The notes beneath the pieces were generated by a model. That model saw nothing but the letters and a program-made list of their open reading frames with translations, made no database searches and was not told where the DNA came from. Of a DNA stretch of 45,621 bases, positions 1-10,094 are shown piece by piece. Where the stretch lies: the sequence record SRR31156797_3992; one strand, given 5' to 3'. The translations under genes and the position numbers were made by a program. Each line of letters begins with the position of its first letter. Position 1 is the stretch's first letter.

Positions 1-1
1 G

Positions 2-75
2 TGATCCCGGCAGGATTCGAACCTGCGACCCACAGCTTAGAAGGCTGTTGCTCTATCCAACTGAGCTACGAGACC
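2..75 (-). tRNA. tRNA-Arg (anticodon TCT)
   Basis: Reverse complement GGTCTCGTAGCTCAGTTGGATAGAGCAACAGCCTTCTAAGCTGTGGGTCGCAGGTTCGAATCCTGCCGGGATCA folds as a cloverleaf: acceptor stem GGTCTCG/CGGGATC, anticodon arm ACAGC-CTTCTAA-GCTGT, T-loop GTTCGAATC. The 3' end lies at the window edge. Confidence 0.97.
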
Positions 76-104
76 ATCCTTAAGTCCTTTTTTCAAAGGC
101 GATG

Positions 105-137
105 CAAAGATAGAAAAATATTGAATTATACAACAAA
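105..137 (-). promoter_or_regulatory. Bacteroidota sigma-70-type promoter for tRNA-Arg
   Basis: Minus strand has TATCTTTG (-7, 105-112) and TTTG (-33, 134-137) with a 21-nt spacer, 30 nt upstream of the tRNA. Confidence 0.7.
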
Positions 138-164
138 AAAAATAGATATTTTTAAAAAGTAGTT

Positions 165-1241
165 TTAATGCCTCGAATTACAACTTTGTAGTTCTTGTTT
201 TATCTCGTCCATCAAGCCATTTGAATGGATGTATCCTAAACTAGATTGAGGAAGTAAGGCATTTAATTTATCTGTTTTTTTTGTTTTAATCGCTTCTCTT
301 ACTTTACTCGCGCTAATTAAATCATTGGAAGAATTACTAATTTCTTTTCGTTGTACCTCAACTAGTTCAATACCATGACTCGGTAAAACTTTTTTCATTA
401 CTTTATTGTAAACACTTGTGGTTGAGCAGTAGCTTTCTGTTCCAACATAGCGTTTTTTAATATTTAAAACAGGAGCTAAATGTTGTGCAAAAATATTTAA
501 GTCTAATTCGGCTTGCTTTCTTGTAACAGCATTGGCCGATTCACTTTTAAGAAAATAATTAGGGAAAGTCGCACATGAAACCACATAATCACCTCCTTTA
601 ACAAGGATAATATTGTCCAGATGAGAAGTTCCCAGCTTAATCATTTCAAATCGATCCTTAAATGAAAATACGGATCGATCCGTTTCAACTACAAAAACAT
701 AAACAATTTCGTTTTCGGAAGCAGCTTTTTCTATCAAATATTGATGTCCAAGGGTAAAAGGGTTGCAATTCATTATAAGAGATGCGGCTTTATTTTCTCC
801 GTTTTTGCTTTTAATCCTTTGCAAATAGGTTTTGTAATCGTTGATGGACTTATAACCAAATTCAAGAACAGATATTAAAGGTGGAGCTGAAGCGATATGG
901 TTATATCCCAAGCCTCCAAAACGAGGAATATTATAAGGTCGCGTAAAAACAAATGCCTTTTGATAGGTTTCCATAATATGCTCCGTGAGATAAGTGACAA
1001 TATGTGCAAAAGCACCTGATTCACGATAATGAGACGCGACCGCTACATATTTTAAAATATTCCCCTGACATGATCCAACGCCAACTATATTATCGTTGAG
1101 TGTATATAATATTACAGAATATTCAACTTCTGTCTCATCAAAATCAAAACCTAGTGGTTGCATAAACTGATGTATAAGCGCAACATCAAATTTACAGCTT
1201 AAGTCAGCCTCTTCTATTCTGAAATCGGAATTCTCTATCAT
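165..1241 (-). CDS. citC: [citrate (pro-3S)-lyase] ligase
   Basis: N-terminal GNAT-like region; MNCNPFTLGHQYLIE, GGDYVVSCATFPNYF, RYVGTE and ISASKVR motifs; last gene of the citrate lyase cluster. Confidence 0.93.
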   Translation of the reverse strand: MIENSDFRIEEADLSCKFDVALIHQFMQPLGFDFDETEVEYSVILYTLNDNIVGVGSCQGNILKYVAVASHYRESGAFAHIVTYLTEHIMETYQKAFVFTRPYNIPRFGGLGYNHIASAPPLISVLEFGYKSINDYKTYLQRIKSKNGENKAASLIMNCNPFTLGHQYLIEKAASENEIVYVFVVETDRSVFSFKDRFEMIKLGTSHLDNIILVKGGDYVVSCATFPNYFLKSESANAVTRKQAELDLNIFAQHLAPVLNIKKRYVGTESYCSTTSVYNKVMKKVLPSHGIELVEVQRKEISNSSNDLISASKVREAIKTKKTDKLNALLPQSSLGYIHSNGLMDEIKQELQSCNSRH

Positions 1242-1249
1242 AATACTGT

Positions 1250-2650
1250 TTAGCTAAACGTTTGTATACATTGATGAAATAATATTGTAACTGCGAGCAA
1301 ATCAGCTGATCCTCCAGGAGAAATATTTTCTTGTGAGCACCATTCACATAACTCTTTGTATGGTATCTTATTACCTTTTAACCAATTGTCTAATGCCAAT
1401 TGAGCTTTTTGTTTGAGTGTTTCTAAGGCATGTAAATCTTTTCTGAATAAAACATTCGTGTCGTTATTTTTCGAGATAATGCTGAGTAATACAGGTATGA
1501 GTATGTCGTTTAATTCTTTATCATTGTAATGGTTTAATTCTTTATCAGCAAGACAATTTAATATTGGAATTCCATGATTCATTACTGTGGGCATTCCAAA
1601 TTCAGCTTCACCTCTTGCTCCGGAAGCCATCATCCCATATTTAATAAAGCATTGTTGACCATGAGTCAATGTTGAATTTTTTTTGATATCAGCGAGTTCC
1701 TTTTCAACAATATCTTTAGTTATATTCTGAACATAAGTCGAAAATGTTGATGCGGAAACTTTTGAACCAGATTTAATTACACGAACAAATGCAAATATGC
1801 TAAGCCCTAATAGAAATATGGCACCTTTGTGTGTATTGATATGTCCGGTTGTTTGTAGCATGGCCTTCTCCATTCTTAACCCAATTTCCCTGATTTTAGG
1901 CAAGGCAGAGGATACCTCATTGTCGTTAAATCGGCTTGCAAGCTGGCCTATCTGCAAAAAGTATGGCGATAATACTGCAGTAGATTGAAGGAATGTCGCA
2001 AAATCCATATCGGTATGTGCCCCGTTCGAGTTTCTGCAAACTAAGCCTGGTTTGGGACTCAAAGACACTTCTAGTAAAAGTGCATAGGTGGCAAATCCAG
2101 ATATTTGATTAATGATGCTTTCGTCGTTTTTTTTGTCAAGAAACGTTTGGATAGCATCCAACATGCTTTGGCGTACTTCCAAAATGTTATGTCGTTTGGT
2201 TTTTCGGCATTCCTCAGCCGGTGATCCGCAAACAAAACAAGCTTTGGCTTTGCCTGAAGAAACAGGAAAACCATCACTATCCAGAACATCCAAATCTACA
2301 ATCCTACCAAGTTCAAATGATTGTTCAAATTCTTCGGTTATTTCCTTTAAGGTAGACGCTTCTATGCTTCTACTCTTAAAAAGGAATATAGCCCAATCTC
2401 CTGAATAATCAGTTCGTACGACTTTGGTTTGCCATCTTTGCAGATGTCCTTTGCTAAGATAAAATTCCTGAAAACGTTCATCTACAAAGCTGAAAAAGGC
2501 TTTTAGTAAGTCGTTGGTTTTAGGTAAGCCAGGGATATTTAACTGCAATGACACAAGGTGATACCCACCTTGTGTCAATTGTAGTTTTTGTATCATCCTG
2601 GTTTCCCGGGCGTGTAATAAATTTGTTATATGAGTGTCAATAACCTGCAT
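1250..2650 (-). CDS. citXG: Fused holo-ACP synthase CitX / triphosphoribosyl-dephospho-CoA synthase CitG
   Basis: CitX half: LLHARETR, LNIPG, GRIVDLDV, CFVC..CRK..RH. CitG half: LLLEVSLSPKPGLV, GAHTDMD, NTHKGAIF, GARGEA, DTNV, ISPGGSADLLA. Confidence 0.9.
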   Translation of the reverse strand: MQVIDTHITNLLHARETRMIQKLQLTQGGYHLVSLQLNIPGLPKTNDLLKAFFSFVDERFQEFYLSKGHLQRWQTKVVRTDYSGDWAIFLFKSRSIEASTLKEITEEFEQSFELGRIVDLDVLDSDGFPVSSGKAKACFVCGSPAEECRKTKRHNILEVRQSMLDAIQTFLDKKNDESIINQISGFATYALLLEVSLSPKPGLVCRNSNGAHTDMDFATFLQSTAVLSPYFLQIGQLASRFNDNEVSSALPKIREIGLRMEKAMLQTTGHINTHKGAIFLLGLSIFAFVRVIKSGSKVSASTFSTYVQNITKDIVEKELADIKKNSTLTHGQQCFIKYGMMASGARGEAEFGMPTVMNHGIPILNCLADKELNHYNDKELNDILIPVLLSIISKNNDTNVLFRKDLHALETLKQKAQLALDNWLKGNKIPYKELCEWCSQENISPGGSADLLAVTILFHQCIQTFS

Positions 2651-2655
2651 GCAAA

Positions 2656-4209
2656 TTAATCTATAACCTGACGAATAACATCGATAACTGTTCCATCGCG
2701 GTATTCAACAATACCAACAATTCTGTCGGCTGTTTCAATAGGTTTCGCTTTTCCAGTAATTCCTTCTACTTCTTTAGCCAGATCATGAATATCCTTTATG
2801 GCAATTCCTCCATCTATCAGACTTTGTTTTAACTCAGGTCTGTTAGGATTAACACAAATTCCTCTTTCTGTAACTAATACATCAACACTCTCTCCCGGAG
2901 TAACAATAGTGTGTACCTTTTCTTTTACAATAGGAATTCTTCCTCTGAATGAAGGACAAACCACTACAGTTAAGTTAGCTCCAGAGGCTGTATCGCTATG
3001 TCCACCGGAAGCTCCACGTACATAACCTTCTGATCCGGTAATAACATTCACATTAAAATCGGTGTCAATTTCAAGAGCTCCAAGCACAACAATATCCAAC
3101 TTATTGGTCATACATCCACAGTTGAAAGGGTTTGCGTAAAGACCAGCCGATATTTCAATATGATATGGATTATTCATTAAGGAAGAACTGACCTCAGCAT
3201 CGAATGATTGTACATCGAAAATAGAACGAAATAAACCTTCATTAAGCATATCAACACCAACAGAAGTAACACCTCCAAGGATAAAGCTTCCTTTTATTTG
3301 TTGTTCAATCATCGTTTTACGGATGTACTTGGCTACGGCTAATGAAGCTCCTCCGGCTCCAACCTGAAAGCTGAATCCTTCTTTTAGTTCACCTGACTTT
3401 TCAATAACCTGAGCCGCAAGTCGAGCTATTTGTAAATCCATTGGCGCTTTGGTAATACGGGTAGTATCTCCCGCTATTTTTGATGGGTCACCAATAGAAT
3501 CAACTTTTACTACATAATCAATAAAGTTTTGCGTTACCGTTTGAGGTACACAAGGGTAGTCAACCAAATTATCGGTAACAACAATTACCTGCTTTGCATA
3601 ACGAGAATCTATAGGTGCGTAACCCATAGAACCAAAAGCTGATTTTCCATGAGTTCCAGTTGCATTTCCTTCTTCATCGGCTGCAGAAGCTGCAATAATG
3701 GTCAGGTCAATTTTTATTTTTCCTGTGTGCACACTACGTACACGACCTCCATGAGAGTGTATAACAAATGGTTTTGGTAAAACACCTTGAGCAATAGCCT
3801 TACCAAGTTCACCTCGAATTCCACTTGAGTAAATCTGAGTAATGGTTCCGTCTTTTAAGTAAGGCAAAATAGCTTCGTGAGCAGAGGTTAAACTACTCGA
3901 TGCCAGGGTAATATCTTTGATGCCTAATTCGGCTAAAATTTGCATGGAAGGAACCAAAATGTTGTCGCCTCCTCTCAAGTGGTGATGGAATGAAATGGTC
4001 ATCCCATCTTTAGGATTGGTTTTTATGATTGCTTCTTTAAGCGTAGGGCAAATTTTACTGGCATGTGGCATTTTTGCTTTGTTAGGTGGAGGAACTGTTA
4101 TTTCTTCCATCCATCCTTTTTTTAATTTAGTAAAAGTTCCTTCATAAGGCTCTATTTTACCAATACCTTCCAGTGTTTCAGGTATATCTATATTTAATTT
4201 GTTTTTCAT
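2656..4209 (-). CDS. citF: Citrate lyase alpha subunit (citrate:acetyl-ACP transferase)
   Basis: DGMTISFHHHLRGGD, HSHGGR, GASGGHSDTA, TPGESVDVLVTERGI and EYRDGTVIDV motifs. Start ATG 4209 chosen; alternative 4227. Confidence 0.95.
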   Translation of the reverse strand: MKNKLNIDIPETLEGIGKIEPYEGTFTKLKKGWMEEITVPPPNKAKMPHASKICPTLKEAIIKTNPKDGMTISFHHHLRGGDNILVPSMQILAELGIKDITLASSSLTSAHEAILPYLKDGTITQIYSSGIRGELGKAIAQGVLPKPFVIHSHGGRVRSVHTGKIKIDLTIIAASAADEEGNATGTHGKSAFGSMGYAPIDSRYAKQVIVVTDNLVDYPCVPQTVTQNFIDYVVKVDSIGDPSKIAGDTTRITKAPMDLQIARLAAQVIEKSGELKEGFSFQVGAGGASLAVAKYIRKTMIEQQIKGSFILGGVTSVGVDMLNEGLFRSIFDVQSFDAEVSSSLMNNPYHIEISAGLYANPFNCGCMTNKLDIVVLGALEIDTDFNVNVITGSEGYVRGASGGHSDTASGANLTVVVCPSFRGRIPIVKEKVHTIVTPGESVDVLVTERGICVNPNRPELKQSLIDGGIAIKDIHDLAKEVEGITGKAKPIETADRIVGIVEYRDGTVIDVIRQVID

Positions 4210-4290
4210 TTTGAGAGAATTAATCATTACTCAATAGTTTGAGTTTGTTGATATAAAAGTGCTTCAGCTCCTGAGGTATGAATAATCTTT

Positions 4291-5184
4291 TTATATAGAA
4301 CCGGAGTCTATATCCGCCATCTCTAATACTCTTAAAGCACGTTGTACAACAGGAGCGTCAACCATTTTGCCATCAACAGCGAAAACACCGATGCCTTCTG
4401 CCTTATTTCGTTCAAATGCTTTTACAATTTTAGCCGCTTTTCTGATTTCCTGCTCGGTAGGAGTAAAAACCTCGTTTACAATCTCAATCTGTCTTGGATT
4501 GATAATCGCTTTTCCGGTAAAACCAAGTTTTTTTATGTATTCAGCCTCATCTCTTAAACCTTCTTCATCCTCTGTATCAACATAAACCGTATCAAAAACA
4601 TCAATTTTACATGCTTTGGCTGCCATTACAATTTGCTTACGGGCATAATCGATTCCAATGCCATCGTTAGATTTTACTAATTGCATATCGGCTGCTAAAT
4701 CTTGTCCACCAATAGATATGGCATCAATTCTATCAGAATACTGAGCAATTTCATAAACATTCTGAACACCAAGAGCAGTTTCGATCATTACATGAACTTT
4801 CATTTGATCATGAGGTAAACCATGCTCGTCTTCAATTTCTTCAATAACCTGAATAATTCTACTTATCTCTTCTAAAGTTTCCACTTTAGGTAATCTAAGA
4901 GCATCGGGTTGAAGAGGTACGATTTGCTTCAAATCCTCCAATCCAAAAGGTGTGTCAATATGGTTAACTCTTACTGTAACTTCGCATCCTTCGTACGAAA
5001 TGTATTTAAGCATGTGGGATACCAATATTCTGGCAGCATCTTTTTGGTTAAGGGCAACAGCATCTTCCAGATCGAGTAACACCCCATCAGCACCATACAC
5101 GCTTCCTTGCTGTAGCATAGCCGGATTGTTTCCGGGAATATACAGCATAGTACGTCTTTTAAAGTTTTGTTTATTTTTTGTCAT
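4291..5184 (-). CDS. citE: Citrate lyase beta subunit (citryl-ACP lyase)
   Basis: RRTMLYIPGNNPAML, LDLEDAV, LPKVET, IETALG, INPRQI and DGKMVDAPV motifs. Confidence 0.95.
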   Translation of the reverse strand: MTKNKQNFKRRTMLYIPGNNPAMLQQGSVYGADGVLLDLEDAVALNQKDAARILVSHMLKYISYEGCEVTVRVNHIDTPFGLEDLKQIVPLQPDALRLPKVETLEEISRIIQVIEEIEDEHGLPHDQMKVHVMIETALGVQNVYEIAQYSDRIDAISIGGQDLAADMQLVKSNDGIGIDYARKQIVMAAKACKIDVFDTVYVDTEDEEGLRDEAEYIKKLGFTGKAIINPRQIEIVNEVFTPTEQEIRKAAKIVKAFERNKAEGIGVFAVDGKMVDAPVVQRALRVLEMADIDSGSI

Positions 5185-5186
5185 GA

Positions 5187-5480
5187 TTAATTGTTTAGGG
5201 TGCCATTTTGAATTAAAGCAGATCGCTTTATGGCTGTTTCCAACCTGGCAGAAATTGTTGGAGGAAGTGCTCCTTTGTCATTTACAATGATTCTGATATC
5301 ATCAATTTGAAAAGCATCCAAATCGCGATGGATTTGTTGTAGTAAGTCATCGCCAAATTGCTGCATTACAATAGATTTTAGTTCGATGACGCGACCGGAA
5401 CCTTTCTCAACAGGTTCTACTAAAATCAGTATATCACTGGACTCAAAGCTACCTGCCTGAGCTTTTGTTTTTATTACCAT
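5187..5480 (-). CDS. citD: Citrate lyase acyl carrier protein (gamma subunit)
   Basis: AGSFESSD (prosthetic-group Ser), QFG and DKGAL..TISARLETA motifs. ATG 5480 preferred over the TTG at 5510. Confidence 0.93.
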   Translation of the reverse strand: MVIKTKAQAGSFESSDILILVEPVEKGSGRVIELKSIVMQQFGDDLLQQIHRDLDAFQIDDIRIIVNDKGALPPTISARLETAIKRSALIQNGTLNN

Positions 5481-5613
5481 TTCCTGAGGCTTAAAATAAA
5501 TTTTTATCAAATTTTAAACTTCTCAAAAAGAAATCCTAGCAAATAAAGTTGTTATAGAACTACCTGTGATTTTTGTTGTTGTAAGTAATAGATATACAGT
5601 GATATATGGACAC

Positions 5614-5627
5614 TTGATTTTTGTCAA
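5614..5627. promoter_or_regulatory. Putative CRP/FNR-family operator upstream of the cit operon
   Basis: TTGATTTTTGTCAA is a 9/10 match to TTGAT-N4-ATCAA, about 135 nt upstream of citD. Confidence 0.4.
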
Positions 5628-5781
5628 GGTTTATGTAATTGATTTATATATAGAAGGTGATCGTCAGCTTGTTAGAGGTAATAAGTGAGCTTGATCTGAA
5701 ATATAGAAAAGTGTATATACTAAATTAGAAAACTGATTTAAATAATTATGGAGATAGGTTATCTGATATTGTATCTAAAAT

Positions 5782-5816
5782 AAAAAAGCCGACAAGCAAT
5801 TTTGTGCTGTCGGCTT
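5782..5816 (-). terminator. Rho-independent terminator of the 2-oxoacid oxidoreductase operon
   Basis: Minus strand stem AAGCCGACA...TGTCGGCTT followed by a T tract, about 27 nt after the gamma-subunit stop. Confidence 0.8.
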
Positions 5817-5842
5817 CTTGTATTTTATCAATTTAAATCTAT

Positions 5843-6391
5843 TCAAACTTCTACAGGCTGAATGATTTCCATTCCTCGGTTAATCGCTTTTTCGTTTAAT
5901 GGTATCAAATGATGGTGTCTTTCAGGGAGAGAACTTTTTAATCCCTTGAGTACATTCTCCATTTTAACCACTTCCTTTATTTTAAGATATCCACCTAAAA
6001 CAATCATGTTGAAAGTTTTAGTTGAGTGCATCCTCGCAGCTTCTTCGGTGGCATCAATGCGGTAAATAGTGATGTCTTTTCGAGTTGGATGATGTGTAAT
6101 ACCATTTCCATCATAAATCAACAGACCACCAGGTTTTACTTCATGTTCGAATTTATCCAATGATTGCTGATTTAAAATGATTGCGGTATCGTATTCATGT
6201 AATATGGGGGAACTAATTCTTTGGTCAGAAAGAATTACTGTAACATTAGCAGTTCCACCTCTCATTTCAGGACCGTAAGATGGCATCCAGGAAACTTCCA
6301 TGTCTTGCATTACTCCAGAATAAGCAAGAATCTTTCCCATAGAAAGGACTCCTTGTCCACCAAAACCGGCTATGATAATTTCTTCTGTCAT
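5843..6391 (-). CDS. 2-oxoacid:ferredoxin oxidoreductase gamma subunit
   Basis: AGFGGQGVL, PSYGPEMRGGTA and NMIVLG motifs. Confidence 0.93.
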   Translation of the reverse strand: MTEEIIIAGFGGQGVLSMGKILAYSGVMQDMEVSWMPSYGPEMRGGTANVTVILSDQRISSPILHEYDTAIILNQQSLDKFEHEVKPGGLLIYDGNGITHHPTRKDITIYRIDATEEAARMHSTKTFNMIVLGGYLKIKEVVKMENVLKGLKSSLPERHHHLIPLNEKAINRGMEIIQPVEV

Positions 6392-6452
6392 TTCTTTAAT
6401 TTTTTATCCTGCATTTGCAGGAATTAATAGAATGAAATCTACTTTTAAAATA

Positions 6453-7214
6453 CTATTCGTCTTTTAAATCACCTAAAGGATAAAATGGAAACATATTTTC
6501 AACCATCCAGTCATTAGCTTTGGCTGGTGTCATTTTCCACCCTGAACTACATGTTGAAACCACTTCAACTAAAGATGTTCCTTTATTATTTTGTTGATTT
6601 TCAAAAGCTTTTCGTAATGCTTTTTTAGTTTTGCGAACAGAGGCAGGTGTATGACAAGCCTGACGAGTTACATATGATGTTCCTGGTAACTGCGCAAGTA
6701 ATTCAGTGATTTTTAATGGATATCCATCATTAGAAGGCTCACGACCAAAAGGACAGGTTGATGCTTTCATACCTTCCAGAGTGGTTGGAGCCATCTGTCC
6801 TCCCGTCATACCATAAATTCCATTATTGATAAATACCATAACAATGTTTTCACCACGGTTACAAGTATGGATGGTTTCAGCAGTTCCAATGGCAGCTAGG
6901 TCGCCATCTCCCTGATATGAAAAAACCATTTTGTCAGGCATTAATCTTTTAACAGCAGTTGCTAAAGCCGGAGCGCGTCCGTGAGCCGCTTCTTGCCAGT
7001 CAATCTCCAGATAATCATAAGCAAAAACAGAACATCCAACAGGAGCAATTCCTATAGTTGTTTCCTGAATACCCATTTCTTCAATAACTTCGGCTATTAA
7101 TTTATGAACAACACCATGAGTACACCCAGGGCAATAATGCATGTCTTTATCCGTAAGGACAGCACTTTTCTTATATATAAGATTTTCCTCTTTTATAATT
7201 TCTTTGATTTCCAT
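6453..7214 (-). CDS. 2-oxoacid:ferredoxin oxidoreductase beta (TPP-binding) subunit
   Basis: YCPGCTHG, PVGCS, HGRAPA, TPP motif GDGD...NN, and YGMTGGQ. Confidence 0.93.
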   Translation of the reverse strand: MEIKEIIKEENLIYKKSAVLTDKDMHYCPGCTHGVVHKLIAEVIEEMGIQETTIGIAPVGCSVFAYDYLEIDWQEAAHGRAPALATAVKRLMPDKMVFSYQGDGDLAAIGTAETIHTCNRGENIVMVFINNGIYGMTGGQMAPTTLEGMKASTCPFGREPSNDGYPLKITELLAQLPGTSYVTRQACHTPASVRKTKKALRKAFENQQNNKGTSLVEVVSTCSSGWKMTPAKANDWMVENMFPFYPLGDLKDE

Positions 7215-7217
7215 GGC

Positions 7218-8300
7218 TTATTCTCCTATAAAATTTTGCTCAAGTGCGTTAACAACTTCACCAGGTGAAGGAATAATTCCTCCAAATCTTCCATAATGTT
7301 CAACTTTTACAGCGCCGTTTACAGCTAACTTAACATCCTCTACCATCTGGCCAGCACTCATCTCAACACTTAAAATTCCTTTTACATGTTTGGCTATTTC
7401 CTGAATAGGCTTAGTTGGAAATGGGAATAAGGTAATTGGACGAAGTAGTCCGGCCTTAATTCCTTTTTGGCGCGCTATCTCAACTGACTTCTGGCAGATA
7501 CGTGCACTGGAGCCATATGCTACTAAAAGGTATTCAGCATCTTCGCACATAAAAGATTCAAAAAGAACTTCTTCCTCTTCCATTTTGCGATATTTAGCTT
7601 GCAGTTTGCGGTTGAAGTTTTCCATGTCGTTGGAATCCAACTCAACAGAAGTAATGATGTTTCTCGAACGACCTTTCTTACCTGTTGTAGCCCAATCACC
7701 ATATTTTTCAATGATTTCCTCTTCCGTCATTCGTGGTTTTTGTGGTTTTAATTCCACTTTTTCCATCATTTGTCCTATCACACCATCGGATAGAATCATT
7801 GCCGGATTGCGATATTTAAAAGCTAAATCAAATGCTAACTCAACAAAGTCAGCCATTTCCTGAACCGAAGCAGGAGCCAGAGTAATTAATTTATAATCGC
7901 CATGACCGCCACCTTTTACCGATTGAAAATAATCAGACTGTGCAGGTTGAATAGTTCCTAAACCCGGACCGCCTCTTACAACATTCACAACTACACATGG
8001 AAGTTCAGAACCGGCCATGTAAGTTAATCCTTCCTGCATTAAACTAACACCAGGACTTGAAGAACTGGTCATTACCCGTTTCCCACATCCGGCACCTCCA
8101 TAAACCATATTGATAGATGCAATTTCACTCTCGGCCTGAAGCACAACCATTCCGGTTGTTTTCCAAGGTTGTTCAGCCATTAATGTTTCCATTATTTCAC
8201 TTTGTGGCGTAATCGGATAACCAAAATACCCGTCTGTCCCACAACGTATGGCTGCTTCGGCAATGGCCTCATTGCCTTTCATTAGCTTTAGTTCTTTCAT
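7218..8300 (-). CDS. vorB: 2-oxoacid:ferredoxin oxidoreductase alpha subunit, VorB-like (3-methyl-2-oxobutanoate dehydrogenase family)
   Basis: KGNEAIAEAA, GYPITPQSE, QAESE, SSSPG, RGGPGLG and EMSAGQM motifs. Confidence 0.9.
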   Translation of the reverse strand: MKELKLMKGNEAIAEAAIRCGTDGYFGYPITPQSEIMETLMAEQPWKTTGMVVLQAESEIASINMVYGGAGCGKRVMTSSSSPGVSLMQEGLTYMAGSELPCVVVNVVRGGPGLGTIQPAQSDYFQSVKGGGHGDYKLITLAPASVQEMADFVELAFDLAFKYRNPAMILSDGVIGQMMEKVELKPQKPRMTEEEIIEKYGDWATTGKKGRSRNIITSVELDSNDMENFNRKLQAKYRKMEEEEVLFESFMCEDAEYLLVAYGSSARICQKSVEIARQKGIKAGLLRPITLFPFPTKPIQEIAKHVKGILSVEMSAGQMVEDVKLAVNGAVKVEHYGRFGGIIPSPGEVVNALEQNFIGE

Positions 8301-8361
8301 TGTTTACTAATTTCTTAATGCGATTGAAAAAGATGTCAACCGTAGTTGAGCAAAATGTTAA

Positions 8362-8586
8362 TTACGCCTTGGCTCTGTATACAGTAATACAGCTATCCGG
8401 GCAAACCACTGCGCAATTAGCGCATCCGATACAGGCATCGGGATTAGCCGCGGTAGAAAAGTGGTAACCTTTACCATTTACCTCTTTTGCCATTTCAATA
8501 ACATGGGTTGGACAAGCTACCATACAAAGCTCACATCCTTTGCACTTAGCCGTATCAACCACAATTGCTCCTTTAGCTTTAGCCAT
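8362..8586 (-). CDS. 2[4Fe-4S] ferredoxin (delta subunit)
   Basis: Two CxxCxxCxxxCP motifs (CKGCELCMVACP; CIGCANCAVVCP). ATG 8586 preferred. Confidence 0.93.
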   Translation of the reverse strand: MAKAKGAIVVDTAKCKGCELCMVACPTHVIEMAKEVNGKGYHFSTAANPDACIGCANCAVVCPDSCITVYRAKA

Positions 8587-8642
8587 AATTTGATCAGTTT
8601 TTTGTTGCAAACGCAATTTATATAAATTAACCGTTTAGACGA

Positions 8643-8679
8643 ATGATGGGCATCATACTTATTTGCTGATTTATCGCAT
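8643..8679. promoter_or_regulatory. Two putative CRP/FNR-like boxes upstream of the oxidoreductase operon
   Basis: Perfect ATGAT-GGGC-ATCAT (8643-8656) and imperfect CTGAT-TTAT-CGCAT (8666-8679). Confidence 0.4.
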
Positions 8680-8700
8680 AAGCACAAAAACCCCGGTGTA

Positions 8701-8708
8701 CAAAAATA
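8701..8708 (-). promoter_or_regulatory. Putative -7 promoter element for the oxidoreductase operon
   Basis: Minus strand TATTTTTG matches TAnnTTTG, about 115 nt upstream of the ferredoxin ATG. Confidence 0.4.
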
Positions 8709-8771
8709 CACAATACCCGCAAAACGGATTTTATCTAATAAAACTACTATTTTTTTCCCTCTGAAGTGCAG

Positions 8772-10094
8772 TTATAAACTGGCAGCAAATTTTGCCAATC
8801 GTTTTTCCAACTCTGGAAACCTTTTTTGCTCTGTTTGCGAAACGCAAGCCCTAAGACCTTCGAGTTCGCTACCGGTATTTCCTAATGCAATAGCACTAAT
8901 TCCAAAATACAAAAGGTGTCTTAATAATTCACCCCCTGATAATCCCGGATATGCTATTGTAAAATAAAAACCGTCGGCAATAGGTTCATCAACGTCGGTA
9001 CTGTATAAAATGGAAAATCCATATTTTATAAACAGCTCCTTCATTAATTTAGCCCTTAAGCCATATTCTTTTACCCTTTCTATAAAATTGTACTCTCCGT
9101 CACATGCTGCCTTGTAAATTGCAGCAACAGCATGTTGTGCTGAGTGACTGGTGCCCGAAGATAATGAATATAAAATTCTTCCTGCAATTACAGGCCCAAA
9201 TTTTCCTATTCCAAACCTTAATTTTAACGATTCAAAATAACGGTCGAAAAGTTGATTGGATATGCACATGGTTGCAATGCGCTGACCTGCATAACTAAAG
9301 ATCTTTGAACTTGATATCAATAGGATGTAGTTGTTGGTATATCGAGCAACGGTTGGTTGATATGGCGCTTGAAACGGAACTGATAAATCTGTTCTGAAAT
9401 CCATTCCAAAATAGGCCAGATCTTCAACCACTACGACGTCATATTCTTCAGCTAATTCGCCGATTATTTTCAATTCATCTTCGTGGTAACTAATCCAGGT
9501 TGGATTGTTTGGGTTTGAATAGATAATGGCACATATATTATGTGTCCATAAATAACTTTCCAGTTTTTCGCGTAAAGCTTTACCGCGATAATGAAAAACA
9601 TCAAATGTTTCGTATTTGTAGCCTAAAACCTGTAGTTGTTGTTTTTGTACAGGAAAACCAGGATCGATAAACAAAAATGTATCTTTATCCTGATCCATGT
9701 GTTCAATGCCCATAAATGCAGCAAAGGCACCTTGCATGGAACCAACCGTAGGAACACATCCTTCCGGTTTTACATCAATATTCATAAAGGCTTTAACAAA
9801 ACGACTGGCTTGTTCTTTGAAAGGTTTAATTCCTTCAAGCATGGGGTATTTGGAAGCGACTCCTTTTTTCAGCGCATCAATTTCAGCTTGAACACCTATC
9901 GGGGAAGGAGGTAAGCCGGGAACACCCATTTCCATTCGGATAAATGAGATCTTTGTTTTTTCTTCAATTTTATTCACAACGCCAACCATTTCACGAATAG
10001 TAGCTTTGCCAATATCATCAATACCTTGTTCCCGAATCGCTTCTTCTACAATGGAAGCGTCTACAAGAGGGGATATGTTTTCCTGTACTGCCAT
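8772..10094 (-). CDS. PLP-dependent aminotransferase class I/II
   Basis: YSNPNNPT, EDLAY, SSSKIFSYAGQR (PLP lysine) and C-terminal GLRAC motifs. Confidence 0.9.
   Translation of the reverse strand: MAVQENISPLVDASIVEEAIREQGIDDIGKATIREMVGVVNKIEEKTKISFIRMEMGVPGLPPSPIGVQAEIDALKKGVASKYPMLEGIKPFKEQASRFVKAFMNIDVKPEGCVPTVGSMQGAFAAFMGIEHMDQDKDTFLFIDPGFPVQKQQLQVLGYKYETFDVFHYRGKALREKLESYLWTHNICAIIYSNPNNPTWISYHEDELKIIGELAEEYDVVVVEDLAYFGMDFRTDLSVPFQAPYQPTVARYTNNYILLISSSKIFSYAGQRIATMCISNQLFDRYFESLKLRFGIGKFGPVIAGRILYSLSSGTSHSAQHAVAAIYKAACDGEYNFIERVKEYGLRAKLMKELFIKYGFSILYSTDVDEPIADGFYFTIAYPGLSGGELLRHLLYFGISAIALGNTGSELEGLRACVSQTEQKRFPELEKRLAKFAASL

Noticed and set aside
1-5480. Genomic island integrated at tRNA-Arg
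   Set aside because: The cit operon lies 5' of the tRNA, whereas integration normally occurs at the 3' end (outside the window). I saw no integrase and no duplicated tRNA end.
6407-6422. Inverted repeat TCCTGCA-TT-TGCAGGA between the beta and gamma subunit genes as a terminator
   Set aside because: The loop is very short and no U tract follows on the coding (minus) strand.
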